DNA from: Tubiluchus corallicola
Taxonomy: Eukaryota; Animalia; Priapulida
NCBI GenBank assembly: GCA_030141605.1
Contig: JAQGDQ010000002.1
Span: 620,001 to 684,000, forward strand
Reading direction: 5' to 3'
DNA: 64,000 nucleotides
The notes beneath the pieces are model-generated. The model was not told the origin of the DNA, searched no databases, and saw only the letters and a program-made list of their open reading frames with translations. The translations under genes and the position numbers were made by a program. This document shows, piece after piece, positions 1-20,500 of the stretch (the stretch's first letter is position 1; every line of letters begins with the position of its first letter).

Positions 1-3000
1 CAGTTTGTTGTGCTGGTTTCCATGTAGTCCCTCCTCCCCCCTCCCCCCTCCCCCCGTATTACACACTCCATGTTTCGTGCAGTGACAGATTATTAGAAAA
101 TAGAAAAGTCAGAATGTTTTGAAGTTTGCTTCAAAGCTTTCTTATTGCTGCAGTGCTAATTAAGCTTACCTGTGGGGTATACAGTGTGCTGGTAACTAGG
201 CACAGGTAGAAAAGTAATCAATATCAAATACAGGTTGGCAGTTATGCTGCCAGCGTAGAGACGCTCCAAATATTATTGCTGTGGAAAATTCCACTTATTC
301 GAAGTATTTAGGAAGTAATTTAGGACTAAATTCATATTTTCATGCAAGCACAATTTAAAATAGTTAATTCGCAATTACCTCCTTGAAAATCAATTTCAAT
401 TTTGCCACTAGTTTTAATAGTCTAGCTGTTCCCATTAGAAGGAGTAATTATAGAAAATATCAGGCAACAGCTAGAAGGGTAATTATAGCCGGTAGTTAAC
501 TAATGGACTGCTGCGATAAAAGTGTAATATTTATACATTATAGGTAGCCAGGTTTGACTGTTTTAATGGCACAGGTGAAATATTATAGTGATTTATTAGT
601 CATGTACAGGAATTACATGATTTAAGAACATCACTACCTTTGATTAATGTTGACTTGCTGGCAATTCTACATACGTATTATAAGAACCTTGAACTACAAA
701 AAGTGGAGTAACTGCTGTAATGTTGTGTAAGATCTCATTCTGCTCTCGCACATTGTAAATTTTAGAAAATGGTTCTTTGTAACAAAACACTGTTGTAAAA
801 TTTCTATTAATAAATGTTGTGACAGTGATGCTATAAGTATGTGGCACCATCTTCTGACAAGAAAATGAAGGCATTGCCAGTTTGTACTATTTTAAGTATC
901 TTTCTCGGCTATTACGTGCATTTCAAGCACAGTTGTCATATCTTTGCTTGCCTTATTTTAAATTTTATAAAAGAATATAACAGTTTGAGACCAGTAGTTC
1001 TTGTACAGAGCATTTTGCAAATTGTGTTCCAGGCACTTGTACACTCAGAAGTGCGACATTTAAATCTGTGGTTCCAGAACTTAACGGCTGACTTATTTGA
1101 CGTCTTGGGCTGTAGCAAGACTAGAACACAAATTAACATACATCAAGATTAATTTTCTAACAGAGGTGTTTTAGCCACATTTTGGGTGCATAATTATATA
1201 ACTTCACGAATAAAAAAATTGCCGAAGGCAGCTTGGCATGTGAAACTATCCAAAGCAATTTTTTCGCAGGTACACTGGGCCCGCAAAAGTTCTAACTGTA
1301 TAACAAAAACACCATAACCAACGACCACTCGTTAGTTCTCAGGATGAATCTGTGATTAATTCAATACATGTAATTTAATAAGTAGCTAAAATCTCAAATG
1401 AGTCTCTCCTTCAATTTTAGTTGCTGTCAAACTATTTTATATCTTCTCTTTTGTTTTTCCAAAGAAAAATTGGAAAATCCAAAATTTTTAGTATAGCATG
1501 TATGAGTCACATACATATAATGTAAAAGTACAAAAACCCTGACTTCTGTTTGGTTTAGTCCAAATTTTCAAAATTACTTCTTGTAAAATTAAGCTGAACA
1601 CAGGAGGCTCGTTTTTTACTTCAGTTGTTTGGATCCTGCAGAATACCATGGTAGCTTCTACTGTTATCTACTACTTATTCTAGTTATTTTCATTGAACAT
1701 TTGGCTTTTCTTTATGTTTGTTGTTATTACAATGAAATCCAACGTACTTCCTGCAATCAAGCTTACCTATAATGAAACCAGTTAAGCTCATACTCAGTGC
1801 TCTGCTGCACCTGAGCCTTTCTGTTTATTTAAGCGTAGCTCAATAACCACTGTTTGAAGAAGCCCTCTGCTTGCACTGCTTGACAACGCAATGTTTATGC
1901 AAAAACACTAGTCTGCTGTACGCATGTACCAGCTGTTAGAGTTATAGTGGTAATTACCTGAACAGAATATTGATAGGTACTTTGATTAGCATACATTATT
2001 ATGCTCCAGTGGAGAAGCATAACTGTCTCTCCACCTTAGACTGTGAGAACACGAATTTTCTTGAGTATGAAACTTAGGATAGCTATCTTAATAAAAGTTC
2101 TGTATTTACACACAGAATCCACCATCTATCATAAAGTGAGTTATTCTAAGAAAAAGAATAGATCTCTTTTCAGGAATTAATTGTAACAATATTGACGACA
2201 AGCAATGAGGACAATGACAATGACAACAACAGTAAGAAAACCAAGAATATACACAGAACAAAGACTAATTTAATAACAAATCTAATTGTGCAGAGAAACA
2301 TTTTTTATCTGCAATGAATGCTACTGATTTTCAAATAGATTAATTTTCATTTTAATGTTTTATGATATTAGCATATAACTTTTATTTACTAACATTCTAT
2401 TTCGAATTCGTGATTCTGCTGCTAGTACTGTTAATATGTTCTTACTGTCATCACAGTCGTTATTAATATAGCTTGAAAAAAGTTTTCTTTGACAAATTCA
2501 CTGAATAACAGGTGCGGGATTTTGAATACAAATACAGTCATTATGTTAAATATGTTATTTAAAGTTATATCATTGCAATTCTTATTTCTGTTAATAATAC
2601 AGTTAGTTTTTCAAGTTGCATTTGGTTAAATTTTGTTATGTAACTACTTCTGTGAAGATAGGGCATTGTTGATTTTTTTTAAAAATAAAGTGAAATTCAT
2701 TTTGTACCTATCTGTTGAACTACTGTCAACAAAGATCTGATGATCTTTCGTTGTACTACATTAGGTTTGACTTATATGACTACAATGTTAGATTTTATGG
2801 GAAAAGAGCGTAAAAGTGAGTTTTGAATCCAGTACATGAAAATCTTTGAGATCTATGAAAGCAGCAATGTTGTTTCTGTGTTATTCAGTCTTGTTTAAGG
2901 TACCATATTAATATGAATTTGCCTGCCAGGGCTTATTCGTTATGTCAGTATAACTCTAGTAGTGGTGTGCTTTTGCTTACTGATACTAATGCTGATACAA

Positions 3001-3027
3001 AGTTTCAGCAAATAGAATTTTCTCTAA

Positions 3028-9990
<6,963 letters not shown>

Positions 9991-11514
9991 CTGTCCAAGC
10001 CGCAGAGGCAATTCATGAATGGCTACTAGTAGGTTAAAGTTCCATTATTTAAAACGAAAAAAAATTAGATGTCACATGTTTAATGGCTCAATGACATACA
10101 GATTCTTGCATGATGATAATACATGTCACACTTGAGGCATAATTTGTATGCAGGAACTTATTTGACACAGGTTCTTGTTCATGTGTATGCTCCACATGTT
10201 ATTAAACATGTTTAAATGTTGCATACAAACTCCACCTGTTCCCATGTGCACACTCAGGTACAGCAATTTGCATCATGCAAAACCAGATCAGACCAATTAA
10301 AAGGAATTGTTTCGTCACGTTTCATGGTAAACATGTGCCATTAATACTATACAAAAGTTGCCGTTTGCATGCAAATTTCATGTGAGGCGGTTTGTGTCAC
10401 ACAGTATACTGCATACAGTTTTTTTTGCCATTTGCAACTAGCAATGAGATGTTGCTAGTTTAGGATTTTTTTGTTAGTAACATACTGGTATTGAATTTGA
10501 TGCTGTGACGTGTTTGCTAATTATGTCTTATGTCATTTTTGAGATGTGATGCACTTCACACACTTCCGAGTTGTGCTGCTAAATTGTGTATGCTGAAATC
10601 CATTTGTATCATTGTAAAATTCTGTCAGATTTTTCGTTTAAGTAAGTTTTGAAGCTCAAATATGATTTTAATCGGATAACAGGAAACTATTGGCAATTGT
10701 ACAATTCTCTATTGACTTTAAAATTTAAAGTCAGAAAAATGATCAAAATACAGGTGGAAACCAGCATAACTGAATGACTATGGCATGTTTAAGATTTTCT
10801 TATAAATCACCAGCATTTATTACTGCAGATGTTGCTGTAAAGATTTGGCTCGTATGCTTATGATTTATTCTGAATTATTATTTTTACTATGCTGAAAATC
10901 TTACCTAATTATACATTAAAGTATTGTTTGATGTTCATTTTCTGTTTTTTCTTCAGTGCTACTGCTTTACATGGTTCTTTGTTATTAAAATCAAACGATT
11001 GATTTTTATTTCAGAATGATTTGAAATTACTTCTGGCTATGTGAAAGTGGGTTTGTAGTAGGAATGCTGGCGCAATGCTTACGTATACTTGTATATAGAC
11101 TGCTTCACTTCGTCAGCCTCAGAAGTTTTGAATATTATCCATTTATATAATATCTTACTCCCAAAATCTCATCTACATATGTGTCAAGTTCCTTCCACAC
11201 GCACAGTCAGCTTTGGGTTATACATTATAATGTTATCGTATGTATTAATAGCCTAATGTTATACCCACTACTTGAATGCCGAGTCTTCACTTCAATATGT
11301 TGCAAATGATATTATTTGCGAGATTTCATTGTTGGCAGCAGCAATTGCGATTGTGAGTTTTTTGTTGAAGGTAACTGCTGCGGAAATTCAATGTACAAGC
11401 TGAGACTCATGTTCTCTTCATTTCTGATAACAAGTACATACATTGCTGTCACGATTTACTGCAATGTTTTAAAAAAAAAGCTGTAGGTATTTTGTCATTG
11501 TCTTCGCCATTTAG

Positions 11515-11592
11515 GCAGAAAGTCCCCAGCTTAGAAACTGAACTCTCACTTTTTTGCTCCTTGGGCCAATGCCTTAAATCGTTCGGCCACGA
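11515..11592 (-). mobile_element. Degenerate tRNA-like SINE head
   Basis: Reverse strand gtggccgaacgatttaaggcattgg (A-box-like) ... gagttcagttt (weak B-box); no intact cloverleaf. Confidence 0.35.
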
Positions 11593-14500
11593 GGGAATAA
11601 CTCAAAACACCTACCTTTGAAAACTCTCTCTGAAGTAAAATCTTTACTTTATTCTAAACTCTAATCATGCCCAAACATTCATCGTGCCATTTCTGTGTGG
11701 AATGAAAATGTACATGTAATCTCACGTAATCTTGGGGCATACATTAATAAACAAATCAATTAGGAAATGGCTCTGTCATTGTTAGTGACATAAAGCCAAA
11801 GACATGCCACTATTCAATAGTCTGGCGCAAGAGTTGTTTTAGAAAATTTTTAGTTCTTTCTAGGTGAATTAGTTATAAAAAAGTAATGGTGCATTTAATT
11901 AAAGTAAAGGATTTATCGTGGCCTTGTATACTTCTTAGTTTTAATTTTTAAAATGTTGTATGAACACTAGTCACACTTAAAAAGAAATCAACCGTGATTA
12001 AGTTTGTACTTTTTTAATATTCCCTGCAACTCGTGTTTGTTTTTGAACAAAGAATTCGTGTAAAAAATTGGTACATTTAAGTAAACTATAAATTTTCTTG
12101 GTAAATTTTAGAATCATCATTACGACTGCATACGAGATAATCACCAAAGTGCAATGGACTTGGCATAGGTGATAATAGTGCACAATCATATCACAAACCT
12201 TTTATTTATGGACCACAGTTAAAGTGAAAAAGCATCAGAGTTGTTAGTGCAAACAAAAAAACTGTGTTCTCGCTTAAATTTCAGTTTCTTAACTTAATGT
12301 AAAAATTGGTTTAAAGATCTGATGAGCCAAGCTCAAATTCAAAACTTAATTTATATTTGAAACAGTTTTATAAGCTAAATTTTCAAACTGCTGAGGTTCC
12401 AAAATTTGGAAAGTATCGGCAATTTGAATTTAGCGTTTAGTGTGCAAGTGATTAACGAAAACAAGCTTAGAACTCGCTGGTTCATTAAGTGTATTGACAC
12501 TTGCTAAAGTGCACTGAGATTAATTTGCTTATACAAATTGTAAACCTATACATACGTTTATAAATCCTAGCGTATATTTCACAAATTACGTATGTTGTAT
12601 GTATATATATATATGTATATATATATGCATTATATTCACTTATGCTAGTCATAAACTTCCGTCCTCCATTAACAAGATATTTTTTAATTCAGTATTGATC
12701 CAAATTAAGTTGCAGATAAATCATTTTTGACCATATTTCAAGAAGTCATTTTGAACATGGTTGGAGTGGGTGATATTCTTGAATGGTTTTGTGTGTACTG
12801 AGTGTACTCCTGCGTAACTGGTTTTATTTGTAGGGCTTGATAACTATTGTTATGGATGGTTGTCACGTAAATAAGTAATTGACAGTGCACGTGTTAAAAT
12901 TTTATGATTGTGCGCAAGGCACTGTACACATATGTAGCTTACGTAGCTTGTTTTATTACAAGACTAAATTTTGGTGATTTACTGAAAATGAAAAGAATGT
13001 CTTCGTTATAAAATTTTGTAAAAAATTATATATTGAATTTGATTATTACAACTTGCGTTGTTAAGTGTCATTATTCTGAAAGCTGAAACAGTAAGTGCCA
13101 AACAAATTAGTATAGTTACAAGGCTTAACATGTCTTTTACCAAACCTTACATGTCAATATTATTACAATAAACTCAGCACAACTTGTAACACTGGCAACA
13201 AAGAAAGCAAATACGGGTTACACAACTATATGACTATTTAAATGTGTGGAAAAGTGCATTCACCCTTGAAATCTAACAGGAGCTAACTGAAATAGAATTA
13301 GTAAAAACATTCCACTGCTGAAAAGCAAGAAATAGCATTTCTTATAATATTTCATAAGCATAAAAAATAGCATTTCTCTCAATAAAATTAGTAATTTTAG
13401 TTGCCATAAAGGATGTGAAAAGCGTTTGAAATGGAATAAAAGTGATTAGCTTCTGATGGTACTTATCACCGAACACTGTATCCGTAGTTTCAGCTGTTCA
13501 CATTTTATAATTTCACAGCTGGTTTAAAGCAGGTTTCACATTTATAAATATCAATGAATTGGCCAAATCGAGTTAACAATTTGTTAATATTTTCTGCATC
13601 TTCACAGTAATAAGAGAGATAATAAAACAGTTTTACAGTAATTACCATAATAACTAGCAAGAAACATTCATTTGCCCCCCCCCAAACTATGCTCTGTATT
13701 TCTAGCTTCACAGTGTTATCTATCATACAATGCTATTTTGTCTGCAATTAATTCTATGTTGAAATTACTGTATTTTAATTTTGGCATTATTCACATTTTA
13801 GTTTGCATACTAGGCTAGCATTGTACATGTATAATAATACTATTGAAAGATAAAAACTTATTACTTCTACTGACAAGTGATGTGCAGAAACTTCACTACA
13901 TTCTATAATTTTTACACATCTTTTTAATTATTTTCTGTTGCCAGTACTGCAAGAATTTTTAATAGTAAATGGTGTATAATAAATTACTATAAGAACGCCT
14001 CACTACAGAGCCTGCCAAAAAGAGACAACCAGAAAGGCTACAAAAGTTCAGTTCAGATAATTTTTTACACTGAATAAAAGCTAGATATGGTGGATTATTT
14101 TATAAATTTACAAAAACTATTTTGAAAGCCATAAAGTTATTTATGCAGATTGAATAAATGCTGTTAACAGTTGCAAAATTAAGGTAGCACACACACTTTA
14201 ACAACATAGTACAAAAAGCGACACTGCCAAAACAATTTGACAAATATTTGAAAAAGTCTTCAAAAAGTAATGTACAACTTCTGAACTAACAAAACCAGTA
14301 AACTGCTCAATGTACTTTCTCTTGCAGGAGCACTTCCAATTTTACTAGTCCGTTTATGTGAATTATTAACTTCTTTACTGTTTTCCTGTTCTTAGAAGCT
14401 GTAAACTCTGCTTAAATTTGGCATGCATCTTAATCCAGGCAAGACTGTTGGAATGCAACTATTAGCTGGCCAAATGCTCGTTTCAAGAAATTATGATACA

Positions 14501-17312
14501 TTTTGAAAACCGTCAAATACTGTATATTTGGTTGTTTTGACAATAAAAATTTGAAAAAAAAACATTGATTAGCACTGTTTACTTTAGTTTGCCCAACTTG
14601 AACAAGCAACATGAAAACTGTAAAAGTCTTTAATGAAATTTTTTTACGAATTTTCACTAACTATTTATTTTCTGTCTATTTTTTGGTGCAAAGATAGGAA
14701 TTTTAATTCGACACAGTTTTCTTAGCTGATCATCATATAATTTTTTAGTGATTTACATTTTAAATGTTCAAACACATGCAAAACATTTAAGAAAATTGCT
14801 CATGACACAATTATTATCTCATTATTTGACATAAAAGAGCCACTGCGCAATTACCAAACTACTAAAAAAGTATGGGAATTGTCATTTTTAACAGAAAATG
14901 AAGTTTGATACCTTAAAAATCACCTACAATCACAGACTGATGATCTTACAATAACTGCTAATCCCAAGATAAACTATACAAAAGTTGCTTACTTTATACA
15001 CATAGAAGCTTTACTAATAAAAATGTCAACAATCACTATTATTAATATTGATATAACAAATTAAAAATGGCTACTACACCCCTTTTCAAGATGACCAGCA
15101 TTTTTACACTATTTACAAGACAATTACTACAGAATGTAAATTCATAATACAGTATCAATTTCCTATGATTATGCTTCTATTGCATCTCCAACAATTATTT
15201 CTTTTTTCACTTCTTGTACTCGCTTTTTTATATTATTTACATATCATGGTTGTAAGTGACTTGTAGCTTTGCTCATACGTTTAATTACTAGTCAGCATAG
15301 TTATAATAGCTGGTATCACTTGATTTGACAGATTTGTAATTATCGTGATTGAATAGTTAAAACTGTAAGTGCTGTTTTAAAATGCCTTCTCACATAACAT
15401 ATGAGTGATATGGCAAACAACTAAAACTACTAAAACAATGTTACAGAAAATAAAATGCTACAAAATTGTTACTTGAGTTCTGTGGCTAACACCCATGAAA
15501 TTACTCAGGTTTGTTATTTAACTAGTGTAATATTAATAATAATAACAATAATATTAATGTATTTATAGCTGCAATTAAAGACGAAGCAACTTGATTGTTC
15601 TATATTGTTTTGGTGGTGACTTTACTCAAGAGATCTTTCTATTTTTATACTCACACACTTTATTCACTGTATACTATACACCTATTCAGCCCATCAAAAT
15701 GGCTAAAACTAATCTGAAGAACTAGTTAAGTCGAAAAGATATTAGTCACATTCAGCAAACCCTTGTTACACAACAAACCTAGCGATCGGACTATTTCAGC
15801 TTGTCCGATCCACTTTGCTTATCCTAGACAAATCCACTACAAGGAAACCGTGTATCTGGTCCAGTAATCAATATGTAATGTGTTGTGTTTACATTACAAA
15901 TTGATAAGAAGAAAGGAAGACAAATAATCCTAACTGTTAAACAAAACTAGTCCAAGACGCTGCCAGACTCAATCCTGAGTGCCACAACTTTAATACTCTG
16001 TCATTCATAATCTTACAGTACGTCTTACAGCATGTTACTTAAATAAATTATCTAAATGAATTATGTTTTAATTCATTAAATTAATTAATTAAATTTTTTA
16101 TCAAAATTAATTATGATCAACATGCTACAAATTAATTACTAGACTGATTAGCTAACATCTGCAGTAGAATGAGCTAAGAAAAGTGTTATTACTGTGTTAT
16201 TAGTGGAATGAGCTCTTAAAGTTCTGCCAAATTTACATACCACTCAGGTTTACTGAGTGCTATACAGTATAGTACTATTAGTTGTAAATGAAGGCCATGT
16301 GAAGACAGTGAAGTTTATTAACCATTGTTACATCCTTTCAGAAGCAAGCTGAAGAGAATCGTTTAACTTTTAGAAAATTGTTATATCCCCATTCACTGTT
16401 TATTCAAAAAGACGTACTGTACATGAGAGCAGAGGCATGTCCCTTGGTTATAATGCACTACCAGTCACAACAGACTACCTTTCCCCCAATTATCTGTTAT
16501 AATGAGTGTTTACCATACATAAATAATATCATAGTCAGAAAATTTATACTGACAATTTCCCCAGAAGATGGCATCACACATTGCAAAAATGACAACGAAC
16601 ATAATTTGTAATATATAATCATATAGCTTGAAATCATATAGAATCGAAATAATTTCATAAATGGAATGCATTAATACACTTTGAATGCTACTGTTATAAA
16701 GTAATAAAATATTACAGCTTTTAATTAAAAATTTTCACAGGAGAGCTTAGAATAAGCCTAAAGTCCTCATCAATTATTTAACAATGTTGACATAGCAATT
16801 TAAAAATGCAGAAATGATTTACTAGACAAACTATAACATAAAATCATGAAGGGCAACAGCAAATGAGTTAATTCAGTAATACCATAAGAAATTTACAATT
16901 AAACATAATGGAGCCACGAAAAGAAATGAAATTGGATGACGAATTTGGATCAAAATTTTAATCAAGGATCTTTGAGAGATATAATCATGCAAATCCAGTA
17001 AATGTGCATCAATATCATACCACTTTTGACATAAACTAGACAAATTTATAATATTCAAGTGTAAAATTAATAAAATTGGAAATAGAAATTTTCAGCTAAT
17101 ATGTGTAAATTACAACTAACATAGTGGGGTGGTGGCCAATAGTTTGAATTTAAAAAAATCACTAATTCAAATACAGGAAGTTTCCATAGCTCCATTCTTA
17201 TGTGTACTTTGAGTTTAACTTAGCTTTTATGAATGATGAATCTATAGCTTTACGGGCCCATTTTATTGTAAATTTATTTTAGTCAAGTACTGATTATTCG
17301 TGCTTGTACTGC

Positions 17313-17586
17313 TTATAAACTATTCAGTTTATAAGAAGTGTCCATACCACCATTGCAGGTAGCCACATGATTACCTTCAGCAGTTGAATTCAAACAAATG
17401 TCGGATTCAGGCTCAGGCTTTTGCTTGCAGCGTTTAAAAGATGGCACAGTGATAATATGAAATTTCACTAATAAAATTACATTGACTAGAAATATAACGA
17501 GAATTACCAGGAAGACAATCCCACAAATGGCTAGTGGTGAGAGTGGAGTCATAGTAGGAAGAACTGGAGATTCTGCTTCAACATGT
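17313..17586 (-). CDS. CIROP-like terminal exon (TM helix and cytoplasmic tail)
   Basis: tttgtag|A CAT GTT; encodes LAICGIVFLVILVIFLVNVILLV then KFH..KRCKQK; stop TAA. Confidence 0.85.
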
Positions 17587-20500
17587 CTACAAAGTGGATA
17601 AGTTATAAATAAAAACTACTCAAGTAACAATAACTATCATAATGTCTAGAGAAGGTAAGACTCCACAACTTTGTAACTGTCAATTTTACCTAAAGCTATT
17701 GTTAAACAAATGAGGCATCTCATAATTTTTAAAGCACTGCTTTAACATTTTAAAACCACCGAACAAAAATTCATTAAAGTACCATTTTCAGTACAGTATC
17801 TAATATATTAATGCTGTAAATTCTAAAATATGTAACCACTTTGAATGTTTCAATATACAAGTGAAATAGAAAATGAATACATACACATTGCCTTTTGTTA
17901 TTTTTTATGGCTATTACAGAAAAATATACACAACTCACCCAATGAAAACCGCTGAATAACTTTCATCGTATACACCAACAATAAAAGTCTTGTTACGTAT
18001 AGCAGCTTGTAGTTGATGAAGTACATCTAGATTCATCGGTTCACCAGCTTGACCCGGAAGAAGGTAAAACTTAATGCTGTCCTCCAGCATGTCAGTTTTC
18101 ACTATCCTAGAACTAAACATGTATTTATTAATTGACACTCACTTTAAAACACAGAAGATTAATTAGATTAAACAGTCATGTGATATGAATTGATATATTC
18201 CATGAAAGAGTGAATTAAAACAAGAAAATGCGCAATTGAAAATGTTTAGTCGCTCATTTTCGTTAAAGCACAAGAAACCCCCCCCCCCCCCACTTACATG
18301 AATCTTGAAAAAATTCGTCCTGAAATTTTATACAACTTGGATGCTGCCTTTTTGTAAGCAGGGTTTGCATCAGCAGTAACGCTGTATAAATTTAAACTCC
18401 CACGATGACCATTAGGCGCAGCCATTTTAATGGTAGGTCGTATGAAACAAGTTTAGATAACATTGAGTGAAGTTTGAAAAAATAATCAGAACATGAGTAG
18501 CACACATATTACTAACAAAGTAAAATTTTAAATTACTGTATCTTGTCAATAAGATCAAAATACATTTTTGGTTAGCGAGTGGCGCACCCTGGAGGATGAG
18601 TCAGTGACATTTTATTAACTGGCACGAACATTTTAAATTATTATTTCTATTACGTAAGTCTTTCCGCAGGTAAGCGAAATGCTAAGTAATACAGATTTGA
18701 ATGGAAAGTTTTTTTTGGGACATAATTTAACATTGCCTCTTCTGTCCCAGTTTTACGTTTGAGTAAGTGACGTCATGTAATGCCGTCGGAACAGTTTTGT
18801 GGGAGATTTAAAATGAAGACAAACAAAAATTCCTTTTAACGCGAGTATGATATATGCATAAAATTGCAGTAAATTAATATAATTTTTAAGGCAAACTTCT
18901 GAAATCTACTTAAGTACGAGAAATTTATCTAAGAAGCTTTTATATCAAATTAAGTGATCATAAAATTGAATACACTCAGTAGTTTAATATTTATTTACCA
19001 TTAAATAAAATGTTGTATTCAACAGTACGATATAAAATGAATGGTATAGTCAGCTTTCAAGCATTTCATTACCATTTTCATACCAAATACCTCTAAATTT
19101 GGCACAGTATTTAAAGTGGGATTTAATTTAGTTTACAAAACTAATCACAATATGTGGCTTTGCAAAGCAGAAAAATTGTAACCAGCTTATAAGATTATTG
19201 TAATGTCATACAAGTAACATTATGACACATAAAATGCTAAGTTTGCACAAAAAAGGAATGACAATTGAAAATTAAACAAAATAAGCTAATATTATATTGG
19301 GTGATTATTAAACCAGTCAAACTGACAGCCCCTTCAGTACACAGTGAAGAAAATAAATACCAGCATTTTAAAACAAGAAACAGGTTGAGTGGTTGCCCCC
19401 ATGGCTGGCAATGTGTTGTCTGTCAAACAAAAGATCCTTAATGGACATTAGCTAGTTGCCTGCCAGCATAGCTGAAGCAAAACTATTTATTTAAAACACC
19501 TGGGAAGGCAACTACTTAGCAAGTTTATCTGTACAGAAAGCAGAAGGATATTTCAATATGACTACTCTTGAACAGCTAAAGGTTGATCAAACTGACAGCT
19601 ACAACAGCAGTTTGTTGAATAATGAAACTTCAAACAATGACAATGAGCCAACAATATTCCTCACATCAGCTGCTTGGGGGATATACCATGTCTGCTATCC
19701 GCTCGTTCTTGTTATTGGATTCACTGGAAATGTTCTAAGCATCGTTACACTGTTTACTAGTATAAAAAAATTGAATGTTGCATTTTATGTATATCTGCGG
19801 GCGATGTCTCTTGTAGACTTCATGATAATAAATATGAACATAATTCATTTGTGTTTACACTCTGCAGTGTCATACGAAAAAAGAACAAAACATGTTCTGA
19901 ATTACACCTATTTTCATGTGGTTGTAACGAACACTTTAATCGCTACGAGCAATCTTATAATGATGATTATGACAACTGATAGATACGTGTCAGTATGCCA
20001 CCGTTTTAAAGCTGCATGGCTGCACACTCATCGCTTTGCTAAGACAGCTACAGCAATTGCAATTATGGGTGCATGTCTACTTCAAGTACCAGACGTAATT
20101 TCTGGCAGTGATGCTGAATTCCAAGACAATGGATACAATAGCACATACTGGGATGACAGGTATTACGCAAACATCACAGGCAAATGGTGGTACAAAACAA
20201 TATGGCCATGGGTCCAGACAGTAGCTACTCGTGTTATTCCATTATGTTGTATTATTTTGTTTCAACCCATCATTGTTCACACTTTTTGTGAAAACATGCG
20301 GAAATGGAATAAGATGAAGCACTTAATTGCTATGCATCAGCATTTAAACACGAGAATCAACGAAGAGCGCAATATAACATTTCTTTTAGGAGCAATATCA
20401 GTAATTTTCATACTCTGTACTACCCCTATAAGCTGTTTAGAAATTATGAGCTATTTGCAAGCAGAAGATGTTCTAATGCACATGACCAGGTACCAGATTT

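Noticed and set aside
644-1152. Three overlapping ORFs in the first kilobase
   Set aside because: No kinase or other motifs and no fitting splice sites; the region is probably CDKL1 intron.
12319-12345. CTGATGAG-ccaa-gctc hammerhead-like core
   Set aside because: No GAAA box or flanking helices in the right register.
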